Source: Ginglymostoma cirratum (taxonomy: Eukaryota). Taken from it: DNA of 64,000 nucleotides. Each line of letters opens with the position of its first letter. The stretch's first letter is position 1. The stretch is from positions 15,633,978 through 15,697,977 of the forward strand of contig JAHRHZ010000002.1 in NCBI GenBank assembly GCA_024137785.1. The letters run 5' to 3'. Both the position numbers and the translations under genes were made by a program. Shown here piece after piece: positions 24,501 through 32,222 of this stretch. The notes beneath the pieces were generated by a model, which had not been told where the DNA came from, did no database searches, and saw only the letters and a list, made by a program, of their open reading frames with translations.

Positions 24501-27500
24501 AGAAATAGAATTCTAAAAAGAAAGGCAAAGGCAATGGCACAGTGTGGCAATCCCAGAAAAAAAACAGCAGGTCGGGGGAACAGAAAACAGAAAAGAGCAG
24601 GAAATTGAACATTATCAGTTTATCAGCAAGTAAGGTCCATTGCAAACAAACACGTGGGAACAAAGCTACTTTTCTCATTACTGTAGTCTTCAGTGCCTCA
24701 AAACAATGATGAGGTCTGTCATGGTTCATGATTTGTGGTGACCTACCAGGCCAATTGAGCCGCCAAAGGCCTGTGAACAGAAAGGACAAGGGTTGGCCTG
24801 AAAAAAACATGGGGAGTGGAGTCCAGTGGTCAGGTCTCAAGCTAGGGCTCTGCCCTCCCTCTGCTTTCATCGCTTCCCCGCAGCAGTGCGAACACGGTCG
24901 GTTTCTCACCAAGTTGCAACCTGTTGGATGAAGCTCCTCTGCGTGGCACAGTTAGGAATAAATTTCACCCATGGACTCACACCAATCTGCCTTTTAAAAC
25001 AATGAGTCCTTCAGAGTGCGCATAAACATTCCCTCTGCTCTTCTCAAACTGGGAGCCGACTTTAGCTTGTGGAAAGAAAAATCAGCTTCGGAAGTTAGTT
25101 ACTTGCATGATCGTTGTTGCAGTTCTGGAGGAACTGGCTTCAGTGAGGGTGCTAGAGATCCTTTCTACTCCCTTCCCATTTGATTGAGTACCTTGCAAGA
25201 TATCTCTGGTTCCTCAATGGCCAGATGTGCTTTTGGTAGGTGACCTAAGGCTCACTGCTTAATAGAAGGGTGCTGAGGGAAAAAGTGATGTCGCTAAAGC
25301 CTTTGCTCTCTAATGAAGAACTGAAGAGGCACAACCCTTCTATCTGTATAGAGGAAGATTCTCACACAAAACCTCCTGAACCATCTCCTACTCATCAGCA
25401 AAGACATATGTCCAGAGAATCACTTACATAAATAATCGATAATTTGACAATCGATAAGTCCAACTGTCTGAAATACTGCAGAGCTTAGCGTGCTTTTTGC
25501 TGCTCTGTCAAAGGCCCTTGACTTCATCAATCACGAAACCCTTGGGAAGGTCCTCCAAAGACGTGAATGTCGAGCAAAAGCTACTTCAGATTTGGAAAGA
25601 TATGATGAGACAGGGGACATCTTGTGGCACAATGGGTAGTGTCATTGTCGCTGATCCAGAAGCTCTGGATGTCACTCCAGTTCCAGGATTTGTTGGACAT
25701 GGAAGGTGCACTCACAACAGGCTGGAGTTCTGCCAAACAGCTTGATTGTAATACAAAGCAGAATGTCCGGAGAGTAGTAAAAGGCCGAGCAAGTAACTGC
25801 GGTATACTTGGACTGCAAAATGTTTCTCACTAAGGTCCCACACACAAGGTGTAGAAGATTAGGCACACAGATTTGGGGTGGGGGTGGTTCATAATATGCA
25901 TGTCTTTCAATTCATTCCCAGGATGTGGGCATCTCTGGCCATGCCAGCATTTATTGCCCAGCCCTAATTGCCCGGAGGGCCATTAAGGTTCAACCACATT
26001 GCTGTCAACATGGAGTCAGATGTTGGCCTGACCAGGTAATGATAGCAGCTTCCTTCCCTCAAAGACATTAGTGAACCAGATGGATTTTTTCTGACAATTG
26101 ACAATGGTTTCACAGTCATTGTCAGACTCTTAATTCCAGATTGTTATTGAATTCAATTCTAACCCGCATTCAAACCCAAATCCCGAGGATGTTACCTGGA
26201 TTTATGGATTAACAGTCCATAAGTAATACCACTAGGCCATTGCCGCCCCAGTGGTTGGTCATGATCACCAATGGAACCACTATGAAGTCTATCGAAATGA
26301 AACTAGGACCAAGCGCCAGTTCTAAAAAAATTTGGGAGATAATTATCCTTTCACTCAATATTGGAAAAATAAAGTCCTCTTCAAACCAACACCCAGATCT
26401 AAAGGACTACTCCCAAGAACATAAAACATAGAACAGTACCGCACAGTACAGTCTCTTCGGCCCACGATTTTGTGCCGACCTATTAACCTACTAAAATCAA
26501 TCTACCCTGCATACCCTACATTTTACTATCCTCCATGTGCCTATCCAAGAGTCACTTAAAAGTCTCTTAAGTATCTGACTCCACTTCCACTGCCGGCAGC
26601 ACATTCCACACGCCCACCACTCTCTGTGTGAAGAACCTACCTCTGACATCTCCACTATACCTTGCTCCAATCACCTTAAAATTATGCCCCCTCGTAATAA
26701 TCATTTCCACCCTGGGAAAAAGTCTCTGACTATCCACTCTATCTATGCCTCTCATCATCTCTTACACCTCTATCAAGTCACCTCTCATCCTTCTTCGTTG
26801 CAATGAGAAAATCCCTAGCTCCCTCAACCTTTCCTCATAAGACATGCCCTCCAGTCCGGGCAGCATCCTAGTAAATATCTGCACCCTCTCTAAAGCTTCC
26901 ACATCCTTCCTATAATGAGGCGACCAGAACTGAACACAACAACTCCCGTCAACTGAGATCAACAGTGATGATCCATCCACTTTGCCAAATCCATTGAGTC
27001 TGCAAAAAGGGCAGTCCAACAGCAGCATGTTCTCACAAACCAACTGCCCAGCCCCCTTAGCACTAACCCATTCCACTGGGTAGGCCCTGTTATTCGGACA
27101 CCTGACATCCAACTCCCAAGCAACTTACAGCTTGATCCCAGCAGGACAATAGGAGAAACACTTTAAAGGACGCCATGAGAAGCATCCCTGAGAAGATTAA
27201 ATACCTCACTTCAACTCAGGACAGATCCTGTCTTGTAATGGGCCAAAATGGAGAAGGAAGGCACTGAACACACTGAATTACTTCAGGTAGCAGGACAGGT
27301 TATAGACTCATAGAGCTGTACATCATTGAAACAGACCCTTCAGTCCAACTCGTCCATGCCAACCAGATTTCCCAAATTAATCTACTCACATTTGCCAACT
27401 TTTGGCCCATAATCCCTCTAAACCCTTCCTAATCATATACCCATCCAGGTGCCTTTTAAATGTTGTAATAGTACCAGACTCGACCTCTTCCTCTGGCAGC

Positions 27501-28988
27501 TCATTCCATACACGCACTACCCTCTACATGGAAAGGTCCCTTTAAATCTTAACCCTCTCACCTTAAACCTGTGCCCTCTCATTTTGGACTCCCTTACCCT
27601 GGGGAAAAGACCTTGTCTATTCATCCCCTTCATGATTTCAAAAACCTCTATAAGGTCACCTCCCAGCCTCCGATGCTCCAGGGAAAATAGCACCAACCTA
27701 TTCAGCCTCTTCCTGTAGCTCAAAGCCTCCAACCCTGGCAACGTCCTTGTAAATCTTTTCTGAACATATTCAATTTTCACAACTTCCGCCCCATAGCATT
27801 TAGAATAGAATTGCATGCAATATTCCATACGTGGCCTAACCAATGTCCTGTACAGCTGCAACATGACACTCACAACTCCTATACTCAATGCAGTGACCAA
27901 TAAAGGCAAGCGTATCAAATGCCTTCTGCACTGACCTGCCTAACTGTGACTTTCAAGGAACTATGAACTTACACTGCAAGGTCTCCTTGTTCAGCATCGC
28001 TCCCCAGAACCTTACAGTTAAGGTAGATGAAGTGGTTATGATGCCACTTGTGTTACTTGCCCTTACTAACCAAGGCAGAGACGGTTAGAGCTAGGAGGTT
28101 ATGCTGAAACTACATAAGGTGTTGGTTAGGCCACAGATAGAGTATTGTATGCAGTTGTGGGATCCACATTACAGGAGAGAGTGCAGTGTGATTGCACTGG
28201 AGAGGGTGCAGAGGACATTTATCAGGATGTTGATTGGACTGGAGAGTTTTAGTTATGAAGAGAGTTTGGACAAGACTGGAATTGATTTCATTGGAGCAGA
28301 GAAGACTGAGTGGGGGCATATTTGAAATTTAATGCAATGGGCAGGATGTTTAGAGAGGGACAATTATCTTCAGCCCCAGTGTGTTGGGAATCTGGAACTC
28401 ACCTGAATCTATAAGAGTGGTGGAAGCAGAAAGCATTATAATGTTTAAGAAATATTACCATGTGCACTTGCGCATTTAAATTTAGATTTCAATGTGCCAA
28501 CGGATACAAGGCTATGGGCCCAGTGCTGGAAAGTGGGGCTGAAAAAGTTAGCCAGCTGCTTTTGGCTGGAATGGAGTTGATGGGCTGAAAGGCCCTTTTT
28601 TTCTGCGCTGCAGACCTATAGGAATCATCAGGATAGTAAAAGGTTGAATTCCAGTTGTCATAGAATCCCTAACGGTGTGGAAGAAGGCCATTCGTCCCGT
28701 TCAGTTCACACTGACCCTTCAAAGAGCATGTCACCCTTCCCCTGTCCCCTGCCTTTCCCATGCACGCTAAGAGACAATTTCCCACGGCCAATGCACCCTA
28801 ACCTGCACAGCTTGGGTCTGTAGGAAGGAAACTGGAGCACCGTGAGGTAACACAGACACGGGGAGACAGTGCTGACCCCACACATACACAGTTTACACCA
28901 ACCTCCCGGCCCCAGCCAGATCCTCACCTCCTGCAGCGATCCCCCGGAGGAGACCGAGCAGCAACACCAGAAGGGATCGGGGATCCAT
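449..28988 (-). CDS. Gene A (whole span, 10 coding exons): Ig V + Ig C2 + 5-transmembrane protein, about 417 aa; CD2/SLAM/HEPACAM-like ectodomain with a CD47-like multi-pass C-terminus
   Basis: Exons 28988-28928, 21709-21410, 14621-14358, 10291-10178, 10000-9917, 8256-8131, 5754-5656, 4000-3899, 1579-1530 and 502-449 join through GT-AG introns with compatible phases into a 1254-nt ORF with no internal stop. Confidence 0.8.
558..655 (-). mobile_element. Short Penelope terminal-repeat derivative
   Basis: Matches the reverse complement of the 17175-17270 terminus. Confidence 0.75.
895..1125 (+). mobile_element. HE1/V-SINE-like SINE, 5' partial
   Basis: gactgtctgtgtggagtttgcacattctc V-domain core and ctgtagggattcta tail. 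Confidence 0.75.
1530..1579 (-). CDS. Gene A exon 9, basic juxtamembrane cytoplasmic segment (YRNRKMQATGNQATSNA)
   Basis: cag| acceptor, |gtaaga donor, phase 1-0; positively charged residues directly after TM5. Confidence 0.6.
2998..3331 (-). mobile_element. tRNA-derived SINE, family 2
   Basis: A/B-box head (tagcctagtgg, ggtttgaatcc) and gcaataaatgct...gaatgaa tail; other copies near 2425-2680 and 19425-19590. Confidence 0.78.
3899..4000 (-). CDS. Gene A exon 8, loop + TM5 (GKGCVPSADRQSSLILAGEVLLPLLPICFIFYVM)
   Basis: aag| acceptor (in-frame alternative 6 nt downstream), |gtaagt donor, phase 1-1. Confidence 0.72.
4081..4289. mobile_element. Hairpin-forming short Penelope-derived element (second terminal family)
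   Basis: About 70-bp inverted arms around ctgaggaa..ctgaaacgtt; TSD attagaagca at 4071-4080 and 4290-4299. Confidence 0.75.
4350..5075 (-). mobile_element. CR1/HER1-like LINE 3' fragment containing a hairpin insertion (about 4437-4636)
   Basis: ORF 4714-5088: YEQMLNRLGIYSLE..DLIETY.ILKG..SRTRG, typical of the CR1 ORF2 C-terminus. Confidence 0.75.
5656..5754 (-). CDS. Gene A exon 7, TM4 (PYRLIQMVSESPLGGIIVICLSCSLIVATVRRA)
   Basis: ttcgttgccag| acceptor, G|gtgagt donor, phase 1-1. Confidence 0.75.
6441..6750 (-). mobile_element. HE1/V-SINE-like SINE
   Basis: tRNA-like head, V-domain core and LINE-derived tail on the minus strand. Confidence 0.85.
8131..8256 (-). CDS. Gene A exon 6, TM3 (GPTETTVIILMLLVLLLAGVVPSTWSVKVCDTKMLSKTWIVK)
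   Basis: ttttcttccctaaatag| acceptor, |gtaagt donor, phase 1-1, strongly hydrophobic. Confidence 0.82.
9917..10000 (-). CDS. Gene A exon 5, TM2 (RLRLLQNLLQILQFLLLSGSFSCWISTE)
   Basis: ttccag| acceptor, G|gtacag donor, phase 1-1, amphipathic to hydrophobic helix, 177-nt upstream intron. Confidence 0.7.
10178..10291 (-). CDS. Gene A exon 4, TM1 (GARLLHDCARILSIIALAAAVTALICEIIASLLKVKTE)
   Basis: ttttgtttcag| acceptor, |gtaagc donor, phase 1-1, hydrophobic stretch. Confidence 0.85.
12299..12398. other. Assembly gap (100 N) with duplicated flanks; other gaps at 23204-23603, 46118-46517 and 58394-58580
   Basis: N runs; about 12136-12298 is repeated almost exactly after the gap. Confidence 0.95.
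13058..13085 (+). ncRNA. Minimal hammerhead-ribozyme motif in the Penelope terminal repeat
   Basis: CUGAUGA-A-GGGUC(UAG)GCCC-GAAAC-GUC: conserved core boxes with stem II. Confidence 0.65.
13700..14275 (-). mobile_element. CR1/HER1-like LINE 3' fragment
   Basis: LYRTLVRPLLEYCVQ..ERLDRLGL.SL.RRRL..DLIEV; WNELPEEV. Confidence 0.85.
14358..14621 (-). CDS. Gene A exon 3, Ig C2/I-set domain
   Basis: ELLAEP...VELTC...ILWRK...NSKLII...DCGTYTCTVEN; cag| acceptor, G|gtgagt donor, phase 1-1, 264 nt. Confidence 0.9.
15320..17270. mobile_element. Rearranged Penelope-like insertion (inverted RT fragment + sense GIY-YIG/terminal part) with a 16-bp TSD
   Basis: TSD caatgttttaattaag at 15304-15319 and 17271-17286; minus-strand RT fragment about 15514-16135; plus-strand 3' part 16136-17270. 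Confidence 0.9.
17599..17945 (+). mobile_element. tRNA-derived SINE, family 2
   Basis: Homologous to 2998-3331 and 53335-53692. Confidence 0.75.
18203..18518 (+). mobile_element. HE1/V-SINE-like SINE
   Basis: ggtggctcagtggttagc A-box, ggtttgattcc B-box, V-domain core. Confidence 0.85.
18850..19245 (+). mobile_element. CR1-like LINE 3' end
   Basis: SRTQG..LRV.G..F.TEIRRNFFSQR.VNLWNSLP. Confidence 0.85.
19620..20500 (+). mobile_element. CR1/HER1-like LINE 3' fragments
   Basis: CR1 C-terminal motifs; interrupted by the 19756-19914 hairpin. Confidence 0.75.
19756..19914. mobile_element. Hairpin-forming short Penelope-derived element inserted into a CR1 fragment
   Basis: Near-perfect inverted arms of about 55 bp; 15-bp TSD tagatatggttcatg at 19741-19755 and 19915-19929. 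Confidence 0.85.
21410..21709 (-). CDS. Gene A exon 2, Ig V-set domain without the canonical cysteines (CD2/SLAM/CEACAM N-domain type)
   Basis: V-AAIGSSVLLDP...IEW-F...RL-F...NGS...L-LGDQGIY-ITV; donor G|gtaagt at 21410. The 5' boundary is uncertain (21709 via a GAG acceptor, or 21724 where the acceptor reads CAT). Confidence 0.85.
21950..22877 (+). mobile_element. Penelope-like 3' fragment with an inverted 5' terminal piece and a 14-bp TSD
   Basis: TSD gaatctccagataa at 21936-21949 and 22878-22891; GIY-YIG tail homologous to 12470-13116. Confidence 0.88.
23082..23754. mobile_element. Hairpin Penelope-derived element spanning an assembly gap
   Basis: Inverted terminal sequences; TSD caggagcaaagtga on both sides. 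Confidence 0.75.
23623..23689. ncRNA. Back-to-back pair of minimal hammerhead motifs, one on each strand
   Basis: Minus strand 23650-23623 and plus strand 23662-23689 both read CUGAUGA..stem..GAAACGUC. Confidence 0.6.
25908..26250 (-). mobile_element. tRNA-derived SINE, family 2
   Basis: Homologous to 2998-3331. Confidence 0.78.
26420..26940 (-). mobile_element. CR1-like LINE 3' fragment
   Basis: VQFWSPHYRKDVEALERVQ..RRRMRGDLIEV; FFTQRVV.VWN.LP. Confidence 0.85.
27305..28020 (-). mobile_element. CR1/HER1-like LINE 3' fragment
   Basis: LYRTLVRP.MEYC.QF..RRLGGDLIEV. Confidence 0.85.
28021..28620 (+). mobile_element. CR1-like LINE 3' fragment
   Basis: LVRPQIEYC.QLW.PHY..LERVQR. Confidence 0.75.
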
Positions 28989-29160
28989 CGGCAATCCCGA
29001 ACCTGTCAGCCTCCAGCTAAGAAAGAAAAATCAACGGGAGAGGCGCTGCCGGGCCCCGCAAACTGCGGGATCGGTTTCGATGCGCTCCGACACGCGGTCA
29101 GTTTCAACAAACACCTTCTTCCGTGTCTGTGCAGGCGGGGAAAGGCGGAGACAATCAAAC
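28900..29160 (-). promoter_or_regulatory. GC/CpG-rich 5' end (probable promoter or 5'UTR) of gene A
   Basis: Local CpG enrichment around and upstream of exon 1 in otherwise CpG-poor DNA. Confidence 0.5.
28928..28988 (-). CDS. Gene A exon 1, signal peptide MDPRSLLVLLLGLLRGIAAG
   Basis: ATG at 28988 in a CpG-rich patch, hydrophobic leader, phase-1 donor G|gtgagg. Confidence 0.8.
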
Positions 29161-29590
29161 ACAGCGGGGGTGGGACAGTCTGCCATCGCCTGTACACAGC
29201 GGGGGTGGGGACAGTCTGCCATCCCCTGTACACAGTGGGACTGGGACATTCTGCTATCACCTGTGCACAGCGGGGTGGGGACAGTCTATCATCACCTGTA
29301 CACAGGAAGGGTGGGTACAGTCTGTCATCCCGTGTACACAGGGCGAGGTGGGGGCAGTCTGTCCTCAAATGTACATGGGGCAGGGGGGTTGAGTCAGTCT
29401 GTCATCACCTGCACATAGGGGGAGGTGGGGTCAGTCTGTCATCACCTGTACACAGCGGAAGGGGACAGTCTGTTCTCACCTGTACACAGCAGGGAGGAAA
29501 CAGTCTGATCTGAACTGTACAGTGAGGGAGGATACAATCTGATCTACATATACACAACAGGAGGAGACAGTCTGTCAGGAGGAGACAGAG
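29160..29590. repeat. Minisatellite with an approximately 32-bp unit (ctgtacacagcgggggtggggacagtctgYcatcac), about 13 degenerate copies
   Basis: Tandem periodicity visible directly in the sequence. Confidence 0.85.
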
Positions 29591-29710
29591 GTGTCAGTCT
29601 GCCAATTAATGTCTCGTGATCCAAGCCCAAGGACACCCCGCTCGCTCTTCATCTCCAAATTCAGCATTCTTTCACGATTTCATAAGGACCTCACTGTCCA
29701 AATTGGTCCT

Positions 29711-30520
29711 TGTTGGGGCAGTGGAACTAAATAAATCACTCGACACCCGCAGTTCACACCAGCATTAAAGAGTTTATTGCAATTATACAGGTCGGAAGAA
29801 ACGTCCGGGAGTCAGAAGCTTTTTCGATGAACAAAGGAAGGACAGGCATTTTTATACATTTGTTTTCAGCCCACCCACGGCAACTACAGACCAATCATAT
29901 TAATAACTAATTACATGCACACCCAACCAAATTTATCAGTGGTCAGTGACTGATATTCTACAATATCATGATATTTACCAGATACCCTTATCTCTATTCT
30001 TGAGGCTTCCACAATGCATGCTGTATGTAACCACATTCCAATACTGCCGATTTCTCTAATTCAATCCTCCCTGCTCGTAGTGTGCTCTACCGTCTAACAC
30101 TGTCTTGTCCGTAAGATTTTTAGTGAAATCTCTTTAACACTTATTGCATCTTTTTTAAAGTTATATGTCACAATCTATAACTATGATTACATGGAAATCT
30201 TAACTAGAGTAAATCTATTTGTGATGGAAATCTCAAACTTTAAGTTAGCTACGTATGGAAATTTGCTAATAGCATACACAAGGTTCTCCTTATCCAACTG
30301 TCTCCTTATAACCAACTGCAGTTATGTGTCTGTAACAAGACACTTTGTGTACTATCTTAATCTTGTTTCCTTCGATATATTCTTCCTACAGAGCTACTGT
30401 TATTCTAACCTATGATTTACTTCTTTATAAACTATACCAAACAAGCTATTCTTGCCAACTGGAAACTACTTTCAGCCATTTTGCTTTCAGCAATGGGCAG
30501 CCCCAATCGTGCTCATTACA
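29711..30520 (-). mobile_element. Putative solo LTR
   Basis: TG...CA termini; minus-strand TATAAAAA (29849-29856) followed about 70 nt later by AATAAA (29773-29778); no clear TSD. Confidence 0.4.
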
Positions 30521-32087
30521 TTTGTAGGGCACGAAAGATGGTTTTGCTGAAAGATATTGAATAGGTAGGGGCTAAATTAGAAAGCAGATCCCCTTAGGTA
30601 ATGACTTTAGGATTACTACCTGAACCACAAGAAAACTGGCATTGGGTAAATAAATTCAAGGAGTTAAATGCATGCATCAAAGATTGGTGTGAGGGATTTT
30701 TTCCCCTCTCAGACAGTGGTGAATCTGTGAAATTCTTTACCACAGAAGGCTGAAGAGGCTCAGTCATTAAAGGCTGAGATGGATTTTTATCAAGAGTTAT
30801 GTGGAAAGGCAGGAAAGTAGAGTTGAAGATTATCAGATCAGCTGTGAATGGTTTCATTGAATGGCATAACAACTTACTGGATTGAAAAGCCAACTTTTGG
30901 TCCTACTACCTATGGTTGTACCATTTAGATAATATGCTTTTCTCTTCTTTCTGCCTAAATGGGCAACTTTGCATTTTCCTGCATTATGTTCTGTTTGCCA
31001 TATCCTTCCCCATTCACTTAAGCTGTCAATATCTGTTTCTAACCTCTTGGTCTCCTCGTCACAATTTATTTTTTCCTGACTATCTCTGGGCTATCAGCAA
31101 AATTGGCAACCTTCCATCCCTCATCTATGTTATATGTGTAAATTATAAATCCCTTTGGAACTCAACTTGATATATCTCATCACCCTGAAAAAGACCAATT
31201 AAAATCCATTCTTTGCTTTCTGTTACTCAGCCAATATTCTAAGCATGCTAATAGGCTGCCATCTATAGGTTGACCTTTTATTTTCCACAATTCTAAAATT
31301 TCATATGGGCTTCCTTCATAGAAGGAATTATCTGCCGTGACCCATACAATCTCATAACTCTTCATCTTCTTCTGCATCAACTGAATGCTTCAGCATTCTC
31401 TGCTACATTACTCCTTTTAGTAATGCATTCTATGAATCGACAAATCTCTTTATCAGAATTTGCCCCTTATATCTCTCCATATCCTGACAGTGCTCTAAGC
31501 CGATAACCTCCTCATATCTGAGAGTGCGAAGTTTTCTCCATTGACCCTGGAGGCAGCTTGTGACGAAACCTGGGTAATGTCCTCCTGTTGAGGATTATGG
31601 ATGTTGTATTTTCGTCAAAGCTACTTGTTAGCTCCAAACATACAGACAAACCGATGCATTTGTCTTCGAATTCCAAGAACCCCAGACTTGTAACAACTGA
31701 ATATTGAAATCCGTATGTACATGTCTCATAGTTTCATCGCAACATAACTGCTAAACTCTCAGGCAGCAATTTGAACATTGCTACCACAGTCTTACAGCTT
31801 TTCATACTTTTTCAAAAACAAACTTTCACATCTCGTAAAACCTCTAATCTGGACTTCTCCCATCTGGCCATACTGTGCTACGATTCCCTCGAAGGCTTTA
31901 AGGTGTTCTGTGAAATAAACATAGCTATGAAATACAGGCAGAAAAAAAATGGATTTTATATTTAAAATAACTGGAGAATCAATTATAATTCACTTGTAGC
32001 CATTATGGTAGTTTAAACATAAACTATATGTTACTATAATAATTATCACACTGAAAAAATATAAACTGGATAATCATTAAGTTATAA

Positions 32088-32222
32088 TCAGGTCCGCCAT
32101 ATCTGAATCCGAGCATGTTCAGTAATCTCGTCGGTAGCGTACGTCTTCTTTCCTGTAGCTCCCGTAGACTCATACAACTTCATCTCACTGAATGTCACAA
32201 CAGGGTTGCTCGATAATGAATT
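32088..32222 (-). CDS. Gene B exon 5, last coding exon (NSLSSNPVVTFSEMKLYESTGATGKKTYATDEITEHARIQIWRT*)
   Basis: Strong polypyrimidine acceptor ...ttttggcttcag|, phase 0, CpG-containing patch in AT-rich DNA, ITIM/ITSM-shaped motifs. Confidence 0.68.
   Translation of the reverse strand, partial: NSLSSNPVVTFSEMKLYESTGATGKKTYATDEITEHARIQIWRT

Noticed and set aside
449-28988. Naming gene A as CD47, HEPACAM, CEACAM or a SLAM member
   Set aside because: The architecture overlaps each of these, but I cannot recognise orthology by eye: CD47 has a single disulfide-bonded IgV, and the others are single-pass or GPI-anchored. No symbol assigned.
28869-29513. 214-aa plus-strand ORF with repeated motifs, and the possibility of a CRISPR-like array
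   Set aside because: It arises from the antisense of gene A exon 1 plus a minisatellite. The repeats are contiguous without unique spacers, and the DNA is eukaryotic.
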